A stretch of DNA of 32,358 nucleotides. Source: a virus. Lineage: Duplodnaviria; Caudoviricetes. The position numbers were made by a program, and so were the translations under genes. The stretch is taken from IMG/VR virus record IMGVR_UViG_3300044724_000125, positions 1-32,358 of that record. One strand, written 5' to 3'. Below the pieces are notes generated by a model, which searched no databases, was not told the origin of the DNA, and saw only the letters and a list, made by a program, of their open reading frames with translations. Below, in pieces: positions 6,145-15,563 of the stretch (position 1 is the first letter of the stretch; every line of letters starts with the position of its first letter).

Positions 6145-6330
6145 GAGAAACAAATAACAATTAAAATTCCAGCAAGACATTTAGAATGGATTAAAAAGAA
6201 CTATAGTAAATCTAGAAGTGGTGTGACCAGTTTGTTTGAGTATGGTGGTATAGATATCCAAGAGGTACATGCCATAGCAGACTTACTGTATCATCTTAAT
6301 GAAGCATTTGAAATTGAAGGTGGTGAATGA
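6139..6330 (+). CDS. hypothetical protein (63 aa)
   Basis: ATGA-coupled at both ends. Confidence 0.65.
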   Translation: MNEKQITIKIPARHLEWIKKNYSKSRSGVTSLFEYGGIDIQEVHAIADLLYHLNEAFEIEGGE

Positions 6331-6824
6331 ACATATTTTATTTTGATGAGTGTCCTACTATATCAGCAGAAGCACAGCCTGATAAGATGTTAGTCAAGAT
6401 GCCACTGGAAACAGCACAGATGTTATGCACAGCACACCGAGAACTAGATGGTGATGAGTATGCAGATGCTAATGGACTTTACAAACGTGCATACTGGAAT
6501 CATCCATGTACTATATGGGCTAGAGAATCTAGCTCTAATTACTCGTGGTTATACAAACACTTCTTAGCATTAGGACTTGAGTATGAGTACAGGTATGGTA
6601 GGAAACATGCAAGTGTGGTCAAGCTAGAAGAACCGTTGAGTAAGATGCCTGACAACATTACACATACAAGTCTGACACCACTAGCACAGGCTATGCCTGA
6701 GGAGTATAAGAATGAGGATGCTATTATTGCTTATCGTGATTACTGCATTAACGAAAAACACTATGCCAAATGGGAACGCAATAGAGCTAAGCCTATATGG
6801 TGGTCAACACAGGAGGTTGCATGA
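6327..6824 (+). CDS. pyrimidine dimer DNA glycosylase/DenV-related family protein
   Basis: MNIFY.D...DK..VKM.LE.AQML.TAH, NHPCT.W, EY..RYG..H, QAMP..YK..D...AYR.Y motifs. Confidence 0.7.
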   Translation: MNIFYFDECPTISAEAQPDKMLVKMPLETAQMLCTAHRELDGDEYADANGLYKRAYWNHPCTIWARESSSNYSWLYKHFLALGLEYEYRYGRKHASVVKLEEPLSKMPDNITHTSLTPLAQAMPEEYKNEDAIIAYRDYCINEKHYAKWERNRAKPIWWSTQEVA

Positions 6825-7042
6825 ACTACATATACGAAAGGATGATGGCTGAAGGAGAGACAGCTATCTTTGACCGAAATGAACTCAGAAAGTTTGAAAA
6901 TTATGTAGCTAAAAACTATACAGAATTTTATGAAAGCAAAGCAGGATATGAGATAGAAAAGCAAGGAGAAGAGTTCCTTGTTACGCTGTTTAAAAATCCT
7001 GTTATAACAATGGAAGATATTTTGCTTGACATTAGAGATTAA
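6821..7042 (+). CDS. hypothetical protein; start likely ATG 6821
   Basis: AGGAGG RBS and ATGA overlap. Confidence 0.7.
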   Translation: MNYIYERMMAEGETAIFDRNELRKFENYVAKNYTEFYESKAGYEIEKQGEEFLVTLFKNPVITMEDILLDIRD

Positions 7043-7054
7043 TCAGTGTATAAT
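7026..7054 (+). promoter_or_regulatory. consensus sigma70 promoter P5 for the replication module
   Basis: TTGACA (7026-7031), 17 bp, TATAAT (7049-7054). Confidence 0.88.
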
Positions 7055-7089
7055 GCACTCATTAAAATGCCAAAACAAAGGAGGATTAT

Positions 7090-7542
7090 ATGGCAGTATT
7101 AGAAGGAAAAGCCTACTGGGCATCAGTAACAACACCAAACACTACGTTTGAGCCTGTGTATACAGTTGACTTAGTTGTGGGAGAAGATGTTGCCGATGAG
7201 TTTCAAGCTCGTGGGTTTAAAGTAAAAGACTTATCTGTTAAGGATGAGAGTGGTGGTGCGACACCTATTGGTAGAGCACTTACAATAAAACGTAAAGTTA
7301 ATGGACCAAATGGCATGGTAAGAAATGCCCCAAAACTTTTCGATAAAAATAAAGAACCATTAGATGCTATTGTTGGTAATGGCTCGACTGTTAAAGTACA
7401 GTATAACGAGTGGGAAACCGACAATAAATATGGTAGCTTTAAAGGCTTGGATTTTCAAGCTATGCAGGTACTTGATTTAGTATCTTTAAAATCACAGGAT
7501 GGCTCTGAGTTAGACCCATTCGGTGATGGAGAAGAATTCTAA
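7090..7542 (+). CDS. ssb: single-stranded DNA-binding protein (T7 gp2.5-like)
   Basis: G.A.WA.V..P, P..FD.....L...VGNGS.VKV, A.QVLDLV; acidic tail ending in Phe; position before primase-helicase. Confidence 0.8.
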   Translation: MAVLEGKAYWASVTTPNTTFEPVYTVDLVVGEDVADEFQARGFKVKDLSVKDESGGATPIGRALTIKRKVNGPNGMVRNAPKLFDKNKEPLDAIVGNGSTVKVQYNEWETDNKYGSFKGLDFQAMQVLDLVSLKSQDGSELDPFGDGEEF

Positions 7543-7796
7543 TGATAATTACCATCAACAATGACGAGGGGACTACAAACTTTGATGTAAATAATATTAG
7601 TGACGATGCTGTAAAGCAAGAAGCAACTGTTATTGTACAAAAAGTAGGTAATTTGCAAGTCGTAATCGAGGCTTTAGATTTTGCTAGTCGTACTCATAGA
7701 GCTAACTTGGAAGAGTTGCTTAAGGGTAGAGACGAAGCTATTGTTGAGTCTGAGCCCGAGCCCGATGTAGTAGAAGAAGATTCAGACGAATCCTAA
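7542..7796 (+). CDS. acidic hypothetical protein (84 aa)
   Basis: TAATG coupling to ssb; acidic tail. Confidence 0.75.
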   Translation: MIITINNDEGTTNFDVNNISDDAVKQEATVIVQKVGNLQVVIEALDFASRTHRANLEELLKGRDEAIVESEPEPDVVEEDSDES

Positions 7797-7816
7797 TTGC
7801 TACATCTATCTCCAAC

Positions 7817-7850
7817 AAAGCCTCTCTATTTTAGGGAGGCTTTTCTTTTT
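7817..7850 (+). terminator. Rho-independent terminator
   Basis: AAAGCCTCTCT-ATTTT-AGGGAGGCTTT hairpin followed by TCTTTTT. Confidence 0.85.
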
Positions 7851-7863
7851 ATAGGAATTAATT

Positions 7864-9525
7864 ATGAATCAAAGTAAATTTGTAAAGTATCATGTGCCTT
7901 GTCCCGAGTGTAAAAGCACAGATGCATGTTCAATAAACGAGGATGGTTCAGCTAAATGTTTTAGTTGTGATGCCTTTTTTCCTAAATATTCAAACGGAAC
8001 AGTTATGTCTACAGAAAATTATAATAAATCCACACCCACACCTAAAGTTTTGAATGCTCATGGTGGTATTTTTGCAAAGCTAACCGACAGAAATATAAGC
8101 AAAGAGACAGCAGAAAAGTTTGGTGTCAAGGTTGTTTATGATGGGGCAGGTCAATTAGCACAGCACCTGTATCCATTCTATATAAATCATGAACAGTGTG
8201 CTACGAAGATTAGATACATACGAGACAAACGTTTCTCTTTTGAGGGGACAATACAGGGCTCGGGATTATTTGGACAAAATTTATTTAAAGAGGGTGGTAA
8301 ATACTTGACAATTGTTGAGGGTGAATGTGATGCTATGGCTACCTATGAATTGTTAGGTAGTAAGTGGGCAGTTGTTTCCATTAAACGTGGTGCTGCTTCA
8401 GCAGTCACAGACATTAAAGAAAGCATTGAGTATGTCGAAAGTTTTGATAATGTTGTGATATGTTTTGATAAAGATAAGGCAGGAGAAGATGCTGCAAAGA
8501 AAGTCGCAACAATACTTAAGCCCGGCAAAGCAAAGATTGTTACGCTTCCTAATGGGTACAAAGACCCTAACGATATGCTGAACAAAGGAAGACACCAAGA
8601 GTTTACAAGAGCTTGGTGGGATGCACAAGTTTATACACCGAGTGGGATTATTCGAGTGGCTGATAAACAAAAAGAGTTTCTTAATCGTGAACAGAAACAA
8701 AGTGTTCCGTATCCTTGGGATGGTTTAAACAAAAAACTTCTTGGTCTGAGAGCAGGAGAGCTTGTAACTCTTACAGGTGGAACAGGGCTAGGTAAGTCGA
8801 GTGTTACTCGTGAGTTAGAACATTGGTTAATAAAAGAAACAAATGACAATGTTGGAGTCATTGCTTTGGAAGAAGATTGGAAACGTACAGTGGATGGTAT
8901 CCTTTCTATTGAAGCAAACGATAAACTATACATTGACAGTACTCGTAATAGTTACACAGAGAATCAATTGACAAATATGTTTGACAGAGTTTTTGCAAAC
9001 GATAGAGTATTTATTCATGCTCACTTTGGTGCTAATGATATTGAAGAAATCTTTGCTAAGCTACGCTACCTTATTGTGGGTTGTGATTGTAAGTGGGTAG
9101 TTGTAGACCATCTACACATGCTTGTTAGTTCAATGCTTGATGGTGATGAACGTAAAGCTATTGATAGTATTATGCACAGACTACGTAGCATGGTAGAAGA
9201 AACAGGTGCAGGGATTATCCTTGTCTCTCACCTTAGAAGAGTTGAAGGAAACAAAGGACATGAGAATGGTATTACTGTAAGTCTTTCACACTTACGTGGT
9301 TCAAATAGTATAGCCCAATTATCAGATTGCGTGATTGCCCTCGAAAGAAATCAACAATCGGATGATGATTTAGAATCTCGCACAACGAATCTTCGTGTGT
9401 TGAAGTCTAGATATACAGGAGATGTTGGCAACGCTACATCTTTAGTGTATAATAAAGACACTGGGAGATTACATGAGTATGAAGACTCAGAGTTATTACA
9501 TGACAGTGATGCCATTCCATTTTAG
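7864..9525 (+). CDS. DNA primase-helicase (T7 gp4-like)
   Basis: Zn finger CPEC...CFSC, TOPRIM EGECDA and CFDKD, Walker A GGTGLGKS, VVVDHL, HLRGS. Confidence 0.96.
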   Translation: MNQSKFVKYHVPCPECKSTDACSINEDGSAKCFSCDAFFPKYSNGTVMSTENYNKSTPTPKVLNAHGGIFAKLTDRNISKETAEKFGVKVVYDGAGQLAQHLYPFYINHEQCATKIRYIRDKRFSFEGTIQGSGLFGQNLFKEGGKYLTIVEGECDAMATYELLGSKWAVVSIKRGAASAVTDIKESIEYVESFDNVVICFDKDKAGEDAAKKVATILKPGKAKIVTLPNGYKDPNDMLNKGRHQEFTRAWWDAQVYTPSGIIRVADKQKEFLNREQKQSVPYPWDGLNKKLLGLRAGELVTLTGGTGLGKSSVTRELEHWLIKETNDNVGVIALEEDWKRTVDGILSIEANDKLYIDSTRNSYTENQLTNMFDRVFANDRVFIHAHFGANDIEEIFAKLRYLIVGCDCKWVVVDHLHMLVSSMLDGDERKAIDSIMHRLRSMVEETGAGIILVSHLRRVEGNKGHENGITVSLSHLRGSNSIAQLSDCVIALERNQQSDDDLESRTTNLRVLKSRYTGDVGNATSLVYNKDTGRLHEYEDSELLHDSDAIPF

Positions 9526-9533
9526 GAGAACGT

Positions 9534-11270
9534 ATGGAATTAGTATTTGACATTGAAGCTAATGGTTTATTTTTTGAAGCCGACACTATATGGTGTATTG
9601 TAGCTATCGATGAGAACGATAAGGTTTATTCTTTTAAACCTGACAAAATAAAAGAGGGTATAAAATTTTTACAGTCAGCCGATAAACTTATAGGTCATAA
9701 TATTATTGGCTATGATATACCTGTTATTAAAAAATTATATGATATTGATTTACATAAAACAAGTAAAGTTTTAGATACTCTTATTCTTTCTAGGATTTCT
9801 AATCCAGTAAGAGAGGGAGGACATTCTATTGAAAAGTGGGGCTATCGTTTAGGTGGAGTACAAAAACAACAACATGATGATTGGTCTCAGTTTTCTGAGG
9901 AAATGTTAAGTCGTTGTATAAAAGATGTTAAAATAAATAAAACATTATTTAATTATTTAAAAAAAGAATGTATTGGATTTTCAAAAGAATCAATTTTAAT
10001 TGAACATCAAACCACAAAAATTTTACAAGAACAAACAGAAAATGGTTTCTTCTTTGATGAGAAAGAAGCTATGTTATTATTAAGTAAAATTAATAAAAGA
10101 AAAAGTGAAGTCGAAACTGAAGTACATGAAACATTTAAACCTAAATGGGTAGACATTAAAGAAGTAAAACCAAAATTAAAAAAAGATGGTACGCTTTCAA
10201 AATCAGGATTAACCGAAATTGAATACTCGGAAAGAGTTAAAACAAATAATATAAAAGCTTTTATGAGACAAGAATTAAAAGAATTTAATCTTGGTTCTCG
10301 ACAACAGATAGGTGAATACTTAAAAGATTTTGGATGGAAACCGACAAGGTTTACTCCCACAGGTCAGCCGATTGTTGACGAAGCAACTTTAAATAAAGTA
10401 AAACATATTAAAGAAGCCGGTTTAATTGCAGAGTTTTTACTCTTACAAAAAAGAGCTGCCCAAGTTTTATCGTGGATTGATGCTTTAAATCATGACAGAG
10501 TTCATGGTTCAGTCATATGTACTGGTGCTATCACAGGCAGGATGGCACATCGAAGTCCAAACATGGCTCAAGTACCTGCTGTATACAGTCCTTATGGAAC
10601 TGAGTGTCGAGCATGTTGGTCTGTTCCCGAAGGATACAAACTTGTAGGTGTAGATGCAAGTGGATTAGAACTAAGAATGTTAGCACACTACATGGCTGAC
10701 GAGGAATACATAAATGAAATTATTAACGGAGACATTCACACAGCTAACCAAACGTTTGCTGGACTTAAATCAAGAGATGAGGCAAAAACTTTCATCTATG
10801 CCCTCATTTACGGAGCAGGAGATGAAAAGATTGGAAGCATCATTAAAGGAAGCAGAGCAGATGGTAAACTCTTGCGAGAACGCTTTCTTAGTAGTCTACC
10901 AGCACTTGCAACTCTTAAGAACAGAGTTGATATCGCAGCAGAAAAAAAATTCCTTAAAGGATTAGATGGTCGTAAAATATTTTTAAGACATAAACATGCA
11001 GCTTTAAATACTTTATTACAAGGTGCAGGTGCTATTCTCATGAAGAAAGCATTAATTATGTTAGATAGTTTGCTTAGACTAAATACAATTGATTATAAAT
11101 TTGTTGCAAACATACACGATGAGTGGCAAATTGAGGTGAAAGAATCTCAAGCAGAATTTACAGGTGAACTTGCTGTTAAAAGTATTATAGAAGCAGGTGA
11201 ACATTTTAATCTTCGCTGTCCAATGGATGGTGAATACAAGATAGGAGATAATTGGAGTGAAACCCACTAA
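9534..11270 (+). CDS. polA: DNA polymerase family A with 3'-5' exonuclease (T7 gp5-like)
   Basis: FDIE, GHNIIGYD, motif A DASGLELR, motif B AKTFIYALIYG, motif C IHDE. Confidence 0.97.
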   Translation: MELVFDIEANGLFFEADTIWCIVAIDENDKVYSFKPDKIKEGIKFLQSADKLIGHNIIGYDIPVIKKLYDIDLHKTSKVLDTLILSRISNPVREGGHSIEKWGYRLGGVQKQQHDDWSQFSEEMLSRCIKDVKINKTLFNYLKKECIGFSKESILIEHQTTKILQEQTENGFFFDEKEAMLLLSKINKRKSEVETEVHETFKPKWVDIKEVKPKLKKDGTLSKSGLTEIEYSERVKTNNIKAFMRQELKEFNLGSRQQIGEYLKDFGWKPTRFTPTGQPIVDEATLNKVKHIKEAGLIAEFLLLQKRAAQVLSWIDALNHDRVHGSVICTGAITGRMAHRSPNMAQVPAVYSPYGTECRACWSVPEGYKLVGVDASGLELRMLAHYMADEEYINEIINGDIHTANQTFAGLKSRDEAKTFIYALIYGAGDEKIGSIIKGSRADGKLLRERFLSSLPALATLKNRVDIAAEKKFLKGLDGRKIFLRHKHAALNTLLQGAGAILMKKALIMLDSLLRLNTIDYKFVANIHDEWQIEVKESQAEFTGELAVKSIIEAGEHFNLRCPMDGEYKIGDNWSETH

Positions 11271-11682
11271 AGAAAACAGAAAAAAGTTTGACATTGACCT
11301 AGAATATGGTACAATACGTGAAGAAAAGATAGCAGACATGCTAACTAATAAAAAGATTGAAGTTAAATCTGAAAAAGATTTATGGCAGAAGTCCGGAAAC
11401 ATATGTATTGAATATGAATCATGGGGTAAACCTTCAGGAATTAGAGCAACAGAATCTGATTACTGGTTTCATAATCTTTGTGTAGGAGACAATGAATTTT
11501 GTACTCTTGTGTTTAAAACAGATGTTCTTAGAACTATAGTAGATAAACTTGATACATTTAAAACTGTTAGTGGTGGTGACCACAAAGCAAGTAGAATGTT
11601 TCTTGTAAATTTACAAAAACTATTTTCATCAGATGTAATTAAAGCCTTTAAGGAGGCAGACAATGAAAAAGAAACTAAATAA
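11257..11682 (+). CDS. putative PD-(D/E)XK-type nuclease
   Basis: E...IEVKSE...GN.CIEY...KPSGI..T.SDYW pattern. Confidence 0.55.
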   Translation: MKPTKENRKKFDIDLEYGTIREEKIADMLTNKKIEVKSEKDLWQKSGNICIEYESWGKPSGIRATESDYWFHNLCVGDNEFCTLVFKTDVLRTIVDKLDTFKTVSGGDHKASRMFLVNLQKLFSSDVIKAFKEADNEKETK

Positions 11683-12526
11683 TTTAGTAGCAGATATTTA
11701 CAGCGTATTAGATTCTCTTACCGAGGGAAACGAATTAAATATTTCAGAAGAAATGTTTGAAGAATTTGGTAAAGATATGACTGATGCGTTAAGACATTGG
11801 GCTACACCACAAAACGTAGAAGGTAAACCTGTTTTACGTATGTCAAATGTAGGTAGACCTGAACGAAGACTTTGGTTTGATACTCACACCCAAGCTGATA
11901 CGACAGAAAAATTACAACCAAGCACTCAAATTAAATTTTTGTATGGACATTTGTTGGAAGTATTAATTTTGTTCTTTGTTAAATTATCAGGACATAAACT
12001 TACGGCACAACAAAAAGAAATAACTGTAAGTGGTATCAAAGGACACATGGATTGTATGATAGATGGCGAAGTTGTAGATGTTAAAACTGCTTCAGGTTAT
12101 GCTTTTAAGAAATTTAAAGAAGGAACATTGGCAGAAGACGATGCGTTTGGATATCTTTCTCAGTTGGCAGGGTATGAAGCTGCAGAAAAAACTAATGCAG
12201 GTGGCTTTCTTGTTATGAATAAAGAAACAGGTGAGTTAACTATGTTTATTCCTGATGATATAGATAAGCCAAATATTAAATCTAAAATTAAAAACGTAAA
12301 AAATATTATTGCTTCAGACACTCCTCCGGATTTTTGTTACTCTCCTATACCGGAAGGTAAAGCAGGTAATATGAAAGTTGCAAGAGGTTGTTCATGGTGT
12401 CCTCATAAGTTTGAATGTCATAAAGATGCTAACGATGGGCAGGGATTGCGTGTGTTTAATTATGCAAAAGGACCTGTATATTTTACAAAAATTGTTAGTG
12501 AACCTAACGTGGAGGAAGTCAGATGA
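11663..12526 (+). CDS. PD-(D/E)XK exonuclease (Cas4/RecB-like)
   Basis: LRMSNVG, GH.D......VDVKT, Y..QL.GY, CSWCPHKFEC. Confidence 0.8.
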   Translation: MKKKLNNLVADIYSVLDSLTEGNELNISEEMFEEFGKDMTDALRHWATPQNVEGKPVLRMSNVGRPERRLWFDTHTQADTTEKLQPSTQIKFLYGHLLEVLILFFVKLSGHKLTAQQKEITVSGIKGHMDCMIDGEVVDVKTASGYAFKKFKEGTLAEDDAFGYLSQLAGYEAAEKTNAGGFLVMNKETGELTMFIPDDIDKPNIKSKIKNVKNIIASDTPPDFCYSPIPEGKAGNMKVARGCSWCPHKFECHKDANDGQGLRVFNYAKGPVYFTKIVSEPNVEEVR

Positions 12527-12783
12527 ACGGAAAAAAATCTAAAGCAATAAGAAAAAAATCAATTGAGTTTGTTGTTGAGTGGTTAAAAACTATGCTCATA
12601 GAAGAAGAACAAAAGAAAATTTCGGTTAAAAACTATCAAAATTATATGCCAACTGAAACTCATATGTTTGCAAACAATAAATTTTTAGTTTCTTCTTATA
12701 CTCCAAGATGGTTTGGCAAGTTAATTAAACGTAAATTAAAGTCTAAACCTCTTGACAAAATCCAGTACTCGGATATAATATAA
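12523..12783 (+). CDS. basic hypothetical protein (86 aa)
   Basis: GGAGG RBS, ATGA coupling. Confidence 0.7.
   Translation: MNGKKSKAIRKKSIEFVVEWLKTMLIEEEQKKISVKNYQNYMPTETHMFANNKFLVSSYTPRWFGKLIKRKLKSKPLDKIQYSDII
12752..12779 (+). promoter_or_regulatory. sigma70-type promoter P6
   Basis: TTGACA (12752-12757), 16 bp, TATAAT (12774-12779). Confidence 0.6.
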
Positions 12784-13232
12784 TGGTTGGCTTTAGAAAA
12801 CCAAGGAAGATAAGACCAACAGAAAAGAATGTTCCAAAAGGATATGATTCTAAATGGGAACAAACTCTACATTCTACTGTTTTACAAAAGTGGAATCATC
12901 ATTCAGAAAAAATACCATACGTAGTTGAACACAATTACGAGCCTGACTTTGTTAAAACGATTAATGGTCAAACAATATTATTAGAAGCTAAAGGTAGATT
13001 TTGGGATTACGCAGAGTACAGTAAATATATTTGGATAAGAAAAGCTTTAGAAGAACAGATAGGAGAGTTTGAGTTGGTGTTTTTATTTCTAAGTCCTTAT
13101 GCCCCAATGCCTCAAGCTAAAAAAAGAAAAGACGGAACAAAAAGAACCCATGCTGAGTGGGCTGAAAAAAATAATTTTAGGTGGTACAGTGAAGATACTT
13201 TACCGAAAGAATGGAGAACAGATGAATTATAA
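12783..13232 (+). CDS. endonuclease I-like Holliday junction resolvase (T7 gp3-like)
   Basis: YDSKWE, YEPDF, LEAKG motifs. Confidence 0.8.
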   Translation: MVGFRKPRKIRPTEKNVPKGYDSKWEQTLHSTVLQKWNHHSEKIPYVVEHNYEPDFVKTINGQTILLEAKGRFWDYAEYSKYIWIRKALEEQIGEFELVFLFLSPYAPMPQAKKRKDGTKRTHAEWAEKNNFRWYSEDTLPKEWRTDEL

Positions 13233-13488
13233 ATTTAATGAAGACAAACTATTACAAGAACTTAAAGGATACATTGATGCTACATACAGTCAGCATTATG
13301 CATCCGATAAATATCAGGCTACCGATGTTATTATTGATTCGGGACATGGTGAGGGCTTTAGTCTTGGTAATATTATGAAGTACGCTAAACGCTATGGGAA
13401 TAAAGACGGAAAGAACAGAAAAGACTTGCTAAAAATATTACACTATGGTATAATTATGCTTGACATACATGATAAGGAGAACACGTAA
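13222..13488 (+). CDS. DUF3310-like protein (putative nucleotide kinase); start likely ATG 13222
   Basis: HY...F..GN.MKY..RYG.K....DL.K..HY; GGAG RBS before 13222. Confidence 0.72.
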   Translation: MNYKFNEDKLLQELKGYIDATYSQHYASDKYQATDVIIDSGHGEGFSLGNIMKYAKRYGNKDGKNRKDLLKILHYGIIMLDIHDKENT

Positions 13489-15383
13489 TGGTCGAAGACA
13501 AGGTGGGTATCAAGGAATATCTTGGTATAAAAATTAATTACAGTAATGAAAAACTATTAGATAAGTTTAGCCTTGATACTCTCAAGGATAGATATTTATG
13601 GGAGAATGAAACACATGCACAAGAAGCATTCGCAAGAGCATCCGTCTTCGGAGCAACATACAAAGGTCACACGGATTTTGAATTGGCTCAAAGGCTTTAT
13701 CACTACAGTTCCAATTGTTGGTTCATGTTTAGCACTCCTATACTTAGCAACGGGGGAACAAGTCGTGGGCTTCCTATTAGCTGTTTCCTCAATTATGTAC
13801 CTGACAGCAGGGATGGTCTATCTGCTCACTATGACGAGAATATATGGTTGGCGAGTTCAGGCGGAGGTATTGGTGGATATTGGGGAGATATTAGGAGTAA
13901 CGGTATATCTACTACTCACGGGAGTCGTTCTACTGGTTCAATTCCTTTCATCCATGTAGTTGATTCACAGATGTTAGCCTTTAATCAAGGCACAACAAGA
14001 CGAGGTTCTTACGCTGCATACATGGATATATCTCACCCTGAGATTGAAGAGTTTATTAACATGCGTAAAGAATCCGGTGGTGATATCAATCGCAAGAATC
14101 TTAATCTTCATAATGGTATCAACATTACCAATGAGTTCTTGAAAGCTGTTGAAGAAGATGCAGACTTTAGATTGATTGACCCTAAGACTAATGAGCCTAC
14201 TAAGATTGTAAATGCTAGAGACTTATGGTGGCAGATAATTAATGCTAGAGCAGAGACAGGTGAGCCATACATGGTTAATATAGATACATGTAACGAAGCC
14301 TTACCTAAAGAACAAAAAGATTTAGGATTAGAAATTAAACAGAGCAATCTTTGTTCTGAGATTACTTTACCTACTAATGAAGAACGAACAGCAGTATGTT
14401 GTTTGTCTTCTGTAAACTTAGAATACTTTGATGAATGGTCAGAGAATCCTATGTTCATTGATGATTTAATAACCATGTTAGATAATGTACTTCAACATTA
14501 CATCGACAACGCAGTAGATACAGACAACTTAGGAGAGTACAATGCAAACTTTAAAAGATTTCAAAAACACATTAAAGAAGGTAGGGAAGGCTTTACTAAA
14601 TCTGCCTACTCAGCTTATAGAGAAAGGTCGTTGGGTCTTGGTGCGATGGGATTCCATTCGTATCTCCAATCACGCAACATTCCTTTTGAAGGTATCTTTG
14701 CTACGGGCTTTAATTACAAAGCATTTAAACACATTAAGACACAGGCAACCAGAGCTTCTGAAAGACTTGCAGAGGACAGGGGTGAAGCTCCTGATGTCAG
14801 TGGTAGTGGCAGGAGGAACGCTAATCTACTCGCTGTTGCACCTAACGCTAGTTCTAGTATTATATGTGGCGGTACTTCTCCTTCGATTGAGCCATATCGT
14901 GCTAACGTTTATACGCACAAGACTCTCTCAGGTTCGTTCCAAGTTAAGAACAAATACCTAGAAGAGGTATTACAAGATAAAGGATTAAAGAAAGATGAGT
15001 TGACTGTCTTGTGGAAAGACATTGCAGGTAATGAAGGTTCAGTGCAACACCTTGATATTCTTACTGACGATGAAAAAGAAATATTTAAAACTGCTAATGA
15101 GATAGACCAAATATGGATTGTTGAACATGCATCTAAACGACAAGAGTTTATATGCCAAGCACAGTCAGTTAATCTTTTCTTTACACTTCCCAAAGCTACT
15201 GAGCCACAAGAAGTACATGATGAGTACATGCAGTACGTCAATGATGTACATTGGTATGGAATGAATAAACTAAAGTCTTTGTATTACTTCAGAACTAATG
15301 CTGCTAGAAATGCAGAGAATGTTAACACTAAAGTACAACGTATTAAATTAGACGATGCTGAATGTATAGCTTGTGAGGGATAA
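13488..15383 (+). CDS. nrdA: class I ribonucleotide reductase alpha subunit (short, no evident ATP cone)
   Basis: STPILSN, ISCF, SNLCSEI catalytic motif, APNASSS, SLYY, C-terminal CIACEG. Confidence 0.96.
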   Translation: MVEDKVGIKEYLGIKINYSNEKLLDKFSLDTLKDRYLWENETHAQEAFARASVFGATYKGHTDFELAQRLYHYSSNCWFMFSTPILSNGGTSRGLPISCFLNYVPDSRDGLSAHYDENIWLASSGGGIGGYWGDIRSNGISTTHGSRSTGSIPFIHVVDSQMLAFNQGTTRRGSYAAYMDISHPEIEEFINMRKESGGDINRKNLNLHNGINITNEFLKAVEEDADFRLIDPKTNEPTKIVNARDLWWQIINARAETGEPYMVNIDTCNEALPKEQKDLGLEIKQSNLCSEITLPTNEERTAVCCLSSVNLEYFDEWSENPMFIDDLITMLDNVLQHYIDNAVDTDNLGEYNANFKRFQKHIKEGREGFTKSAYSAYRERSLGLGAMGFHSYLQSRNIPFEGIFATGFNYKAFKHIKTQATRASERLAEDRGEAPDVSGSGRRNANLLAVAPNASSSIICGGTSPSIEPYRANVYTHKTLSGSFQVKNKYLEEVLQDKGLKKDELTVLWKDIAGNEGSVQHLDILTDDEKEIFKTANEIDQIWIVEHASKRQEFICQAQSVNLFFTLPKATEPQEVHDEYMQYVNDVHWYGMNKLKSLYYFRTNAARNAENVNTKVQRIKLDDAECIACEG

Positions 15384-15563
15384 ATGAAACAAGAAGAGTT
15401 TACAAATGTGTTTAGCCAAAAATTTTCTGGCTTTACAAGTAGGATGTGGTTAGATTATTGTGATGAAAATAATAATCCATTCGCAAAAACAAAAGATTAC
15501 GCAGGATATGTAATTGAAAATTTTAAATATTTAGTTAAGAGATTTAACGAGGAGAACAGATGA
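15384..15563 (+). CDS. 59-aa hypothetical protein between nrdA and nrdB (not in ORF track)
   Basis: GAGG RBS; MKQEEFTNVFSQKFSGFTSRMWLDYCDENNNPFAKTKDYAGYVIENFKYLVKRFNEENR fills the gap exactly with ATGA overlap. Confidence 0.75.
   Translation: MKQEEFTNVFSQKFSGFTSRMWLDYCDENNNPFAKTKDYAGYVIENFKYLVKRFNEENR

Noticed and set aside
11663-12526. CRISPR-associated Cas4
   Set aside because: No cas genes or array; stand-alone Cas4-like exonucleases are routine in phage replication modules
6761-15241. Antisense and out-of-frame ORFs inside replication and RNR genes
   Set aside because: Shadows of conserved genes with no RBS or motifs
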